Assembly (NCBI GenBank): GCA_963674865.2
Contig: CAXXYE010000007.1
Coordinates: 160,001-224,000 of the forward strand
Origin: Candidatus Hydrogenedentota bacterium
GTDB taxonomy: Bacteria; Hydrogenedentota; Hydrogenedentia; Hydrogenedentales; SLHB01
DNA length: 64,000 bases
Direction of reading: 5' to 3'
The position numbers and the translations under genes are program-made. Position 1 is the first letter of the stretch. The number at the start of each line of letters is the position of its first letter. This document shows positions 1 to 8,920 of this stretch, in pieces. The notes beneath the pieces were generated by a model, which saw nothing but the letters and a program-made list of their open reading frames with translations, had not been told where the DNA came from and ran no database searches.

Positions 1-626
1 ACGCCGTCCAACACGGCTCCTATCGCCGGGCCGTGGCTCTCGCCAAAGGTGGTAACGCGTATCACCTCGCCATAGGTGTTTGCGGCCTGTGCCCGCACGG
101 CCAGCTCCTGGGCCACGAGGCCCGCCAGCCTGGCGGCTACGTCGTCAGGTGAGGCCGAGGACGTGTCCAACACAATATCCGCAAAGGGTCGAATGGCCTC
201 TTCACGCACCGCGACGCCGGTTTCAAACTGCTGCCGGCCATCCGCGCCCGCCAGCCACGGCGGCACGCCATCCAGCGTGGCCCGTTCCCACAGCACTTCG
301 GGTGAGGCCGTCAACAAGATAACAATGGCCTCCTCGCGCAGCCGCTGCCGGGCATCGGGATTCAGCATCACCGACCCGCCCGTGATTACCACATGCCAGT
401 CCTTGTCGGCAGTGAGTTCCACGACCTTCGATTCCATATCGCGGAAGGCAGCGGCGCCAAGCGTTTCGTAGATCTCACGGCACGTGAGCCGGTGGCCGGC
501 CTGGCACTCGTAAAGCTCCTCGATCACGCCGTCCGTCTCGAGCGCGGGGAGGCCCACTAGGCCCGCCAGTGACGAGCCTATCGTGCTTTTTCCTGCGCCC
601 TTGGGGCCGGTGACTACAATTCTCAT
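1..626 (-). CDS. aroK-aroC: Shikimate kinase-chorismate synthase fusion (AroK-AroC), 3' end outside window
   Basis: Manual translation from ATG at 626: MRIVVTGPKGAGKSTIG (P-loop)...FRDMESKVV...TGGSVML, open with no stop into ANTYGEVIRVTTFGESHGPAIGAVLDG (AroC N-terminal signature). Absent from the ORF track because it has no stop in the window. Confidence 0.9.
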   Translation of the reverse strand, partial: MRIVVTGPKGAGKSTIGSSLAGLVGLPALETDGVIEELYECQAGHRLTCREIYETLGAAAFRDMESKVVELTADKDWHVVITGGSVMLNPDARQRLREEAIVILLTASPEVLWERATLDGVPPWLAGADGRQQFETGVAVREEAIRPFADIVLDTSSASPDDVAARLAGLVAQELAVRAQAANTYGEVIRVTTFGESHGPAIGAVLDG

Positions 627-660
627 ACCTGTGCTTTCAGTTCAGTGCCTGGAACGGCCA

Positions 661-1938
661 TCATGTATCCGTAACATGCACCCGCGCGCCAAGTTGCGAC
701 AAGGCTTCCGCAAAACCTGGGTAGGTTATCGACGCCGCCTCATAGCCGTGAATCACCGTCGGTTCCTTCAGCATGGAAGCCGCGACGGCGAGCGCCATGA
801 CGACCCGGTGATCCCCATGGCCGTCCACTTCCGCGCCGTGGAGGGCGCTTTCCTCGATGACTAGGCCGTCGGGAAGCTCGGTTGCCTTTGCCCCGAGCCG
901 CTCCAGTTCCTGTTTCATCACCGCGATCCGATCCGTCTCCTTCAGCCGCGCTTGAGGAACGTTAACCAGGCGCGTTGTCCCTTGGGCGAAGCAGGCCAGG
1001 GCCGCCATCATGGGAAGAGCATCAGGCGTCGCGTTAAGGTCGATCTCGCAGCCCGAAAGCCCGTTTGCCTTGACGCGAATACCTTGCCCTTCGAGTGTCA
1101 CGCGCGCCCCCATCTGGCGAAGGTAATCGACCACCGCCCGATCGCCCTGCGTGTCTTCGATATCAAGACCTTCGGACACGACATTATTCTCGCCCAACGC
1201 GCCGGCCGCCAAGAAGAACGTGGCCGACGAAAAGTCTGCCGGGATCCGCCGGTTCACCGGCCGGTAGCGCTGCCCGCCGGGCACGTGGAACTCCGCCATG
1301 CCGCTGTGCTCGACGCTAACTCCTTGCCGGCCAATCCAGTCCAAGGTTATGAGCAAGTACGGCGCTTCGTTCAATACCGGTACCGTGATGTGCGAATTGC
1401 CCTCCGCCAGTGGTGTATTCACCAGCAGACTCGTCACGTATTGGCTCGTTACCGCCTCGATGGACGTCGCGCCGCCGCGCAGGCAGCCCGCTACCTCGAA
1501 GGGCGCGCAGCCGGTGTCTTTGAGTGAACGCACCGACGCGCCCAACTCCGTCAGCGATTGGGCGAGCGGGCCTGCCGGGCGCCGCTGGATTTGCTCGTCG
1601 CCCGTTAGCACGACCTGCCCCTCGCGCAGCAAGGCAAACGAACCCATGGCGATGCGGAGGGTCGTGCCCGAGTTGCCCACATCGATCTCGCTGCGGGTCG
1701 CGCGCGGGACGCCGGCCAGCCCTTGAACAAGCCATTCTCCGGCGCGCTTCTCGACGCCCGCCCCCAGGGCCTCGTAGGCGGCCAACGCGGAAAGCGTATC
1801 GCCCGATTCGAGAGGCGCCTCGATCCGGCTTTCGCCCTCCGCCAGGGCGGCAATGGCCACGGCCCGGATGGTGTGCGACTTCGATCCGGGAATGGCCACT
1901 GTCCCGGAGAGGCGGGCTCGTTCGCAGATTAGCTTCAC
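661..1938 (-). CDS. aroA: 3-phosphoshikimate 1-carboxyvinyltransferase (EPSP synthase)
   Basis: PGSKSHTIR, GNSGTTLR, RLKETDR, DHRVVMA motifs; next to aroK-aroC. Confidence 0.96.
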   Translation of the reverse strand: MKLICERARLSGTVAIPGSKSHTIRAVAIAALAEGESRIEAPLESGDTLSALAAYEALGAGVEKRAGEWLVQGLAGVPRATRSEIDVGNSGTTLRIAMGSFALLREGQVVLTGDEQIQRRPAGPLAQSLTELGASVRSLKDTGCAPFEVAGCLRGGATSIEAVTSQYVTSLLVNTPLAEGNSHITVPVLNEAPYLLITLDWIGRQGVSVEHSGMAEFHVPGGQRYRPVNRRIPADFSSATFFLAAGALGENNVVSEGLDIEDTQGDRAVVDYLRQMGARVTLEGQGIRVKANGLSGCEIDLNATPDALPMMAALACFAQGTTRLVNVPQARLKETDRIAVMKQELERLGAKATELPDGLVIEESALHGAEVDGHGDHRVVMALAVAASMLKEPTVIHGYEAASITYPGFAEALSQLGARVHVTDT

Positions 1939-2189
1939 GATGGTTGTCCCATGCTGTGGACTTTGTGTCTAAACCCAGAGGGTAAGCGAAGATAATAGGT
2001 TTTTTGTGCCGATTCTGTCAAAAACGCCATTACTTCGCGATTGGGCCGGCCCCATTTATGCCAATGCACTCATTGACGGCTTGGGCGAAGTTGCCGCCAC
2101 TGGGCGGCTCTTGCTCTGCCGCGCAGTTCCATGGCTAAGATGCCTGCTCCGAGGCATCACGTCTGCCGATTGCCGGAAACCGCCTTGCC

Positions 2190-2198
2190 TGGTATGCT
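2190..2198 (+). promoter_or_regulatory. Putative extended -10 (TGGTATGCT) just before the rsmE start
   Basis: TGn-TATGCT ends 6 nt before ATG 2205; no SD visible. Confidence 0.4.
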
Positions 2199-2204
2199 TC
2201 CGGC

Positions 2205-2927
2205 ATGGGACACATCCACCGGTTCTACATTTCCCCCGACACGCCCACAGGAAGCGAGGTTGCCTTGTCCTCGGAGGAGGCGCATCACGCATTGCGCGTG
2301 GCGCGGGTGCGGCCCGGCGACGATATCGCTCTGTTCGACGGGACGGGCCGCATCGTGGAGGGGGCCGTTGCGCGCGCCGAGCGGGGCGCTGTGGTAGTCG
2401 ACGTCCACGAGGAACGCCGGGCCGCCCCGGCCCCTTACCGTCTCACGCTGATCCAGGCGTGGCTGAACCGAACCAAGCCCATCGAGGAAGTCATTCGGCG
2501 GGGGACGGAACTCGGCGTGACTTCCTTCTGCTTCTTCCGCGCCGAGCGATCCGATCGTGCGCCGAAGGCCGCCGAGAAGTGGCCTCGCCTTGCCATCGAG
2601 GTATGCAAGCAATGCGGCCGGGCCTTCCTGCCCGAATTCGCCACGGCGCCTTCCTTGGAGGCGGCGCTGGATGCCGACACGTACGACGCCGTGCTTATTG
2701 CCACGGCCGACCTGGAACCTGTACCCATTGGCCGGGCTGTTTCAGGAGCTCGCGTGGCGCTCATGATCGGCCCCGAGGGCGACTTCTCCGAAGCCGAGCT
2801 CACGTGCGCCCAGCGCTTTGGGGCGAAGCCGATCGCTCTCGGCGCCGCGACGCTACGCTCTGAGGCGGCGGCGGCCGCCGCCGCAACGCTTGTCCTCTAC
2901 GAACTCGGAGGCCTTGGCCCGCGTTGA
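2205..2927 (+). CDS. rsmE: 16S rRNA m3U1498 methyltransferase
   Basis: HRFYI, HHALRVARV, TELGV, KQCGR, IGPEGDFS, LRSE. Confidence 0.93.
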   Translation: MGHIHRFYISPDTPTGSEVALSSEEAHHALRVARVRPGDDIALFDGTGRIVEGAVARAERGAVVVDVHEERRAAPAPYRLTLIQAWLNRTKPIEEVIRRGTELGVTSFCFFRAERSDRAPKAAEKWPRLAIEVCKQCGRAFLPEFATAPSLEAALDADTYDAVLIATADLEPVPIGRAVSGARVALMIGPEGDFSEAELTCAQRFGAKPIALGAATLRSEAAAAAAATLVLYELGGLGPR

Positions 2928-3032
2928 ACCAGGTGTTCGGCTCCGCGGCCCGAGCAAGATCCTCGAGTTTTCGCGCGGGGGCCTGAAATCCGTACGCAAG
3001 CCGGGCCGGTTTCGCGCCAATCGCGAGAATGT

Positions 3033-3170
3033 GCAGGCTGGAAGCCCGCACCACAATACGGCCCTTCTCGGGACTCTGACAGGCGGGCCCCGACGGATGG
3101 TGAGCGCGCCGGCGGCTGTAGCGCAGGCATCCTGCCTGCCGGCGATTGTAGCGCGGGCATCTTGCCTGCC
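3033..3170. repeat. GTAG/GTGG-type REP-like palindromes (30-bp tandem pair plus one inverted relative)
   Basis: tgtagcgcaggcatcctgcctgcc (3117-3140), tgtagcgcgggcatcttgcctgcc (3147-3170), reverse-strand tgtggtgcgggcttccagcctgc (3033-3055); related copy at 7607-7628. Confidence 0.65.
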
Positions 3171-3325
3171 TCCGGCGCGCGTACTTCGGATCCAGGACTA
3201 CGCTTACGTGCGGACTCTGGGGAGCTTTGCCCCTTGCGCATTCGCGTTACGTATGCGTATGCTTTGCCCCGTGCCGGCCGTGGGGGCGGCATGACATGTG
3301 AGTTCGACACGGTGAGAGGAGCATC

Positions 3326-4138
3326 ATGAGTCAACCTTCCGAAGTCCGCTATGAACGCCTTCGCCCCGCACAGATTGCTGAAGCACGCGAAGCGGCGCCT
3401 GTGGCCTATCTCCCCATTGGTACCATCGAGTGGCACGGCGAACATAATCCCGTCGGACTGGACACCCTCAAGATTCACGCGCTCGCCATTCGATGTGCCC
3501 AGGAGACGGGCGGCCTTGTCTTCCCGCCGCTGTATTACGGCGAGAGCCGCGAGCAGGCCCTCATGGAGGCCAACGCCGAAGACCGCGACAAGATCCTGGG
3601 CAAGATGGGACTGTCCGTACACGACTTCGACCCCGGCTATATGGCGACAACACATCTCGAACAGGCCCTCGCCTACCAGCGTTTGCTGCTGCATATCCTG
3701 TTGGAAATCAGAAGCCTCGGTTTCAAAGTCATCGCCATTGCCGCGGGCCACTACCCGCTTCTCGACCACGCCCGCGCCGCCGCCAGCCTGTTTCACCAAC
3801 TGACGGGCGCGCCCAAGGCCATCACCTGGGCCTTCACCGGATGCGACTTGGTTCGGGACGCGGGCCTCGAGGTCTGCGGCGACCACGCCGGAAGGTGGGA
3901 GACCTCGCTGCTCATGGCCCTCGATCCCGGTATGCAGGATCTGGCCGTATTCGAGGGCCGATCCGAGCCTCCTATCGGCGCCTCCGACAACGGCATCATC
4001 GAGTCCTCCGCCGAATTCGGCGAGCGCGCCATTGACGCCATCGTCGAACGTGTCGGCCGGCGAGTCAACTACCTTCTCCAGAACCATGGCCGCTACCAAG
4101 GCCATGGCGCGCCCCTTTTCACGGGGGATCTCCCCTAG
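3326..4138 (+). CDS. Creatininase family protein
   Basis: LPIGTIEWHGEHNPVGLD, AGH, DHAGRWETS; SD gaggag upstream. Confidence 0.9.
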   Translation: MSQPSEVRYERLRPAQIAEAREAAPVAYLPIGTIEWHGEHNPVGLDTLKIHALAIRCAQETGGLVFPPLYYGESREQALMEANAEDRDKILGKMGLSVHDFDPGYMATTHLEQALAYQRLLLHILLEIRSLGFKVIAIAAGHYPLLDHARAAASLFHQLTGAPKAITWAFTGCDLVRDAGLEVCGDHAGRWETSLLMALDPGMQDLAVFEGRSEPPIGASDNGIIESSAEFGERAIDAIVERVGRRVNYLLQNHGRYQGHGAPLFTGDLP

Positions 4139-4174
4139 CGCCGTCATCCTGCCGGGAAGGTAGCCGGCGAGCCA

Positions 4175-4868
4175 TCTGCGTGCCTCCGCGCTCTCCGCAC
4201 CTCTGCGTTCAAGATTCTCCAACGGCGAGCCACAGACTCGTCAGCACTTCTCGAGCCTACCCTCCCCATCCTGTGAATCCCGTCAGAATAGAGAAGTGCC
4301 CTCTCATCAATCCCCATCTGCGTTCATCAGTGTTCATCTGTGGCCACAGACATATACGGCCACTTATCCCAGCCACCACACCTCGATGTGATATCCACGG
4401 TGCCCTCTGGGCGTCTCCGCGATCGCCGCGCCTCCGCGTTCACAATCCCCCAATCCCTAACCGCAGGCCCCGCAAGACGCTCCCGCTCCATCCTCTCAGT
4501 CCTGTCAATGCCGTCAAAAAAGCCAACCCCCATCTGCGTTCATCGCTATCCATCCGCGGCTATACACACCAAGACCATCTCGGGATCTTCCTCTGAGATC
4601 TGCCATCTCAAATCCGCAATTCCCCTATCCCATCCCGTCAATCCCGTTAATCTCGTCAGAAAGAAAAACACTGCGGTTCATCCCCTGGGCTCCCCCTCTG
4701 CGCGGCTCCGCGATCTCCGCTCCTCTGCGTTCAGAATCGTCCAACGCCGGGCCACAGAGACCGCAGGACTTCCCCAATCCATCCTCTTAATCCTGTGAAT
4801 CCCGTCGAAATAGGGAAGTGCCCCCTTCATCAATCCCCATCCGCGTTCATCTGTGTTCATCTATGGCT
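4175..4868 (+). repeat. Three copies of a ~170-bp modular repeat (about 4175-4348, 4404-4565, 4691-4868)
   Basis: Each copy has a CTCTGCG/CTCCGC module, an (A)ATCC(T/C)GT module and an ATCTGCGTTCATC..GTTCATCTGTGG module in the same order. Confidence 0.8.
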
Positions 4869-5029
4869 CCCCGCTCCCACTTCCCCTTTCTTGCCGCTCA
4901 AGCGTCTATAACGAGCAGAAACACACAGAAGGCATAACCAACCATCACGAGGAGCGCGACTGTGATCCCAGCCCCGCCGAGGCCACGGCCCGTTCCCTCC
5001 TACGCCGTGAGAAGGTACCTGCGCTCCGT

Positions 5030-5121
5030 CGCCCGCCGCGGCGGGCGGCATGCTATAGCCCACGGCGTGAGCCGTGGGAAAAGCGCCCCCCTCGCCGCAC
5101 AGCCCCGTCAGGGGCGGCATA
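5030..5121. repeat. Cluster of short palindromes of the kind found around IS200/RAYT loci
   Basis: gcccgccgcggcgggc, cccacggcgtgagccgtggg, gccccgtcaggggc; similar palindromes at 7807-7890 and 46163-46180. Confidence 0.5.
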
Positions 5122-5371
5122 CGGCTCTTCGTACACGTCGCGCTGCCGGCGTCGCCGCGCGCGTATGTATTGACCACGTCACCTATCCGTCCTATACTCG
5201 CGTATGTGTGCCGCCGTCGACGGGCAAGCACTGTCGCGGCTGCGCGGACAACCGGGGCGTTCCGGCGGGAAGACATGATCAACGACACGGACAAACCATG
5301 AGCTTATCGGGCCCATTCGCTTCTACTGGACGCTCACACAGAGGCACGGGATACCGGGGGAGGTATAAATT

Positions 5372-7567
5372 ATGAGATGGTGGGCTCTAGCGTTCGTAGC
5401 GACGCTGCTCTTGGGGACGACGGCTTCTGCGGCAGTCTGGTATGTCGATAAGGACAACACGTCTAGTGTCGAGGACGGCACATCCTGGGCCACGGCATTC
5501 AGCACGATACAACCAGCCATCGATGCGGCCTTTGATGACGGCGGAGGTGAGGTATGGGTAGCCGAAGGTGTGTACGACGAGGCGCGGACATCGCTGGTTC
5601 ACGATCCCGAAGTTGATACGGGATCACTCCTGATGAAGGAAGACGTGGCCATCTACGGCGGATTCTCAGGTTCGGAGGACAGCCGCGATCAGCGAGACTG
5701 GGACATCCACGAAACCGTCATTGACGGCTCAACATCACGTTCTGGTGAACCGGCCTATCATGTGGTCGTCAGTGCTCGAGAATCTGTCCTCGATGGCTTC
5801 GTGGTAGAGGGCGGAGATGCAAACGACAGGATAGTAGACGCCGGCGGCGGACTTTGGGCAGAGGTAGCCTTGTTCACGTGTAGGAACTGCCTGTTCAGGC
5901 AGAACTATGCCGACTCCGGGGGCGCGGCTTGTTGTAGCAGCGACTCTGATGTCACTTTCGTGGACTGTCAATTTGAATCTAATTCGGCAGATGCGGGAGG
6001 CGCTATCGCGGGCACGAGAGTAACTGTGAATTCATGCGTCTTCGAGGGCAACTCCGCCACCTCAGGTGGCGCCATACGCTGCAGAGGTTACAGTTCGCTC
6101 ATAGATCGCTGTGTCTTCCTTAACAACGAGGCCCAAAACGGTGGCGCTATCTCCGCGTTCGGGGGCCACGCGATGGTTCTTGCATGCGTCTTTCACGGCA
6201 ACCGGGTCCTTGAAGAGGCGGGCACGGAGGGGTTCGGTGGGGCAGCGGCGGTGGCCTATGCCGACATGACGCTGAAGAACTGCGTTTTCGCTGCCAATTC
6301 CAGCGACGGAGACGGCGGGGCCGTCGGGGCGACGGGCACGTACCTCAGCGAAGGGCCAGCGTGGACGACCTCCGTGCACCTGACGAGCTGCACCTTCTAC
6401 GGCAACACGGCGGCCAATGCGGGCGGGGCGTTGCGGCTGGATGAGGTGGAGTATGACGTGCGCAATTGCATCTTCTGGGGCGACACGCCCGACGAGATCG
6501 TCGTGTCCGGCAACGGCACAGGCTCGGTGACGTACTCCCTGGTGGAGGGCGGGCACACGGGCGAGGGCAATCTATCCGAGCCGCCCCTGTTCGTAGACGA
6601 GGCCAACGGTGATTTCCACCTCAGAACCGCCTCGCCCGCCATCGACACGGGAACGGACGAAGACGTCCCCGACGTGGATCTCGACGGCGTCGCCCGGCCT
6701 CAGGGCGACGGCTTCGACATGGGCGCCTACGAGTACGACGGCCCCCCGGCGTTCATTCTGACGGTGGCCATCGAGGGGCAGGGCGAGGTGGATCCCGCCC
6801 CAGGCGAACACACCTACGCCGAAAACGACCTCGTCACGCTTGAGGCCACGGCGGCCGATGGCTGGCAATTCGATCATTGGGAAGGCGCCATCGCCGGTTC
6901 GGCCAATCCCACCAACATCAGGATCGCCGCCGATGCCACCGTGACGGCCGTATTCACCGAGATCCCCATCTTCACGCTCACCGTCGCCGTGGCGGGCCAG
7001 GGAGACGTGGAACCGCCTCCCGGCCAGTATTCCCACGCTCAAGATGACGTAGTGACACTCGAAGCCACCCCCGCCGACGGCTGGCTCTTTGATCATTGGG
7101 AAGGCGCTTTGACAGGCTCAACCAATCCAGTCGGCCTCACCATCACGGCTGACGCTACGGTTACGGCGGTGTTCATCGAGATTCCCACGTTCATCCTCAC
7201 CATCTCCGTCCAAGGGCAGGGAGACGTGGATCCGGCCCCCGGCGAACACACCTACACCGAGAATGATGTCGTCACTATCGAAGCTACCGCGGCCGACGGC
7301 TGGTTATTCGATCACTGGGAAGGCGCTTTGACAGGCTCATTCAATCCGGTAGACTTCACCATTACCGAGGATGCTGCCGTCACGGCCGTATTCGAGCGCA
7401 TTTGCCCGCTCCCCTACGGCTGCGCCGGAGCCGCCGGGATGCTGAATGCCGCCCCTCGTGCCTCCGCGTCAGCCGATGTCCTTTGCCTTGCCCTCATGCC
7501 CCTGGCCCTGATCCTCTTCGCGTATAGACGCCGGATAACGCCCGTCTGCCGCTACCATCGCTCGTGA
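5372..7567 (+). CDS. Secreted surface protein: right-handed beta-helix (Pmp-like GGA[I/L]/FxxN repeats), choice-of-anchor-Q-like segment, three InlB-B-repeat-like domains, C-terminal TM anchor
   Basis: Signal peptide; VWYVD...DGTSWATAF.TIQ.AID; repeated NSA..GGAI; SPAIDTG...DMGAYE; hydrophobic tail followed by RRR. Confidence 0.85.
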   Translation: MRWWALAFVATLLLGTTASAAVWYVDKDNTSSVEDGTSWATAFSTIQPAIDAAFDDGGGEVWVAEGVYDEARTSLVHDPEVDTGSLLMKEDVAIYGGFSGSEDSRDQRDWDIHETVIDGSTSRSGEPAYHVVVSARESVLDGFVVEGGDANDRIVDAGGGLWAEVALFTCRNCLFRQNYADSGGAACCSSDSDVTFVDCQFESNSADAGGAIAGTRVTVNSCVFEGNSATSGGAIRCRGYSSLIDRCVFLNNEAQNGGAISAFGGHAMVLACVFHGNRVLEEAGTEGFGGAAAVAYADMTLKNCVFAANSSDGDGGAVGATGTYLSEGPAWTTSVHLTSCTFYGNTAANAGGALRLDEVEYDVRNCIFWGDTPDEIVVSGNGTGSVTYSLVEGGHTGEGNLSEPPLFVDEANGDFHLRTASPAIDTGTDEDVPDVDLDGVARPQGDGFDMGAYEYDGPPAFILTVAIEGQGEVDPAPGEHTYAENDLVTLEATAADGWQFDHWEGAIAGSANPTNIRIAADATVTAVFTEIPIFTLTVAVAGQGDVEPPPGQYSHAQDDVVTLEATPADGWLFDHWEGALTGSTNPVGLTITADATVTAVFIEIPTFILTISVQGQGDVDPAPGEHTYTENDVVTIEATAADGWLFDHWEGALTGSFNPVDFTITEDAAVTAVFERICPLPYGCAGAAGMLNAAPRASASADVLCLALMPLALILFAYRRRITPVCRYHRS
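6752..7395 (+). repeat. Three tandem 219-bp intragenic domain repeats
   Basis: Units start at 6752, 6971 and 7190, each FxLT...GQG.V.P.PG...GW.FDHWEGA...TAVF. Confidence 0.9.
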
Positions 7568-7914
7568 CAAAGCTCGTCCGATATATACCGCCGAGATCGC
7601 TCCGGTTGTGGCACCGGCATCTTGCCGGCTTCGGTATCGCGTTCCCTCGGGATCGAGCCCGCGTGGGCGTGTTGGCGGGGCTTGCGCGAGGCTTGGGTGT
7701 TTTCAAGCTGAAGCTTGAACTCCAAACGCGTCTCGGGTGATGGGTTTGATTGGCCGGACGGGACTTGGTGCGTCGGCGGTCACGCAGGAGCGTGACCCTC
7801 CCATGTGGCGCCCCTCCAGGGCTTAAGAGACGGAGGCCACAAGATCCCGGCGCGTTGCGCCGGGCTGGTATGCACGGCCCTTTCAGGGCCGGGATTCGGC
7901 CGCTGCACGCCTCG

Positions 7915-8401
7915 CCCCTCGGCGTTCTCCGCTGCTCTGCGTTCAGGATTCTCCAACGCCGAGCCACAGACGTGTCTTCGCGATCCCATCTTCCCAATCC
8001 CGTTAATCCTGTCAGAAAAGCCAGTTCCCATCCGTGTTCATCCGTGTTCATCTGTGGCTACACAACTGCACAGCCATTTGTGCCGGACGCTTGGCCCCTG
8101 GTGATGTCTGCGACCTTTGCAAGGCCGGGATTCAGCCGGGAGGGACGCGGTCCTCCGCGTCCGTGGTCATGCAGGAGCGTGACCCTCCCACGACGCCCCT
8201 AACAGCCCCCGACGGCCGTTCCATTATCGCTCCCCCTCTGCGTACCTCTGCGCTCTCCGCTCCTCGGCGTTCAGAATTCTCCAGCCCCGAGCGGCAACGC
8301 CCGCAGGACTTCCCCCATCCATCCTCTTAATCCTGTAAGTCCCGTCAAAATAAAGAAATGCCCCCACGATCAATCCGCATCGGTGTTCATCGGTGGCCAC
8401 A
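7915..8401 (+). repeat. Copies 4 and 5 of the modular repeat (about 7915-8063, 8231-8401)
   Basis: Copy 5 shares ccgcaggacttcccc.atccatcctcttaatcctgt.a.tcccgtc.aaata..gaa.tgccccc with copy 3. Confidence 0.8.
8138..8189. repeat. GGGAGGGAC-family REP doublet
   Basis: gggagggacgcggtcctccgcgtccgtggtcatgcaggagcgtgaccctccc; full copy at 34865-34916; half copies at 7778-7802, 23264-23287, 36040-36064 and 39096-39120. Confidence 0.8.
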
Positions 8402-8545
8402 TACGTGCAGGCCCGCTTGCAACTGCCGCTGCCTCGGATTTGCATATAAGGAATGTCGCCTCAGGCGCCGAGTTCGAGTTGCGCACTCGGGACGCATTCG
8501 ATACTCTGGTGTGTGCCTACCGTCATTACTGGGAGGAGAACCGCC

Positions 8546-8887
8546 ATGGCCGAAGATTGTCTTTTCTGCAAGATCATCGCCGGCGAGATTCCATCGACCG
8601 AGGTCTACTCGGATGATGAGTTCTACGCCTTCCGCGATATCAATCCCGGCGCACCGACCCACGTGCTCGTCATTCCGCGCCAACACGTGGCCAGGATAAC
8701 GGACGCCGAGGATCCTGAACTCATCGGGAAGCTTGTGTTGTGCGCAAACAAGATCGCCAAACAGGAAGGACTCACGGAGAAAGGCTTCCGGTACGTCATC
8801 AACTGCGATGAGTGGGGAGGGCAAACCGTCTTCCACATCCATCTGCACATCCTGGGCGGCCGGCCGCTCGCCTGGCCTCCGGGCTGA
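8546..8887 (+). CDS. hinT: Histidine triad nucleotide-binding protein
   Basis: DCLFCKII, DINP, GQTVFHIHLHILGGR; start set at ATG 8546 after GGAGGAG. Confidence 0.95.
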   Translation: MAEDCLFCKIIAGEIPSTEVYSDDEFYAFRDINPGAPTHVLVIPRQHVARITDAEDPELIGKLVLCANKIAKQEGLTEKGFRYVINCDEWGGQTVFHIHLHILGGRPLAWPPG

Positions 8888-8920
8888 TCGACAGACGCTC
8901 CATTCGGGAGGGATTCCGCT

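Noticed and set aside
2897..4222. 441-aa minus-strand ORF (also 18647-20227, 36952-38196, 46638-47858, 53966-55051, 61213-62541)
   Set aside because: Antisense shadows of well-supported genes in GC-rich DNA.
4175..4868. CRISPR array
   Set aside because: Units are about 170 bp, degenerate and irregularly spaced, with no identical 25-45-bp repeats and no cas genes.
4180..8445. Short ORFs over the repeats (MNTDE.., NAEERR.., HPVNPV..)
   Set aside because: They are translations of the non-coding repeat modules, with no SD or coding bias.
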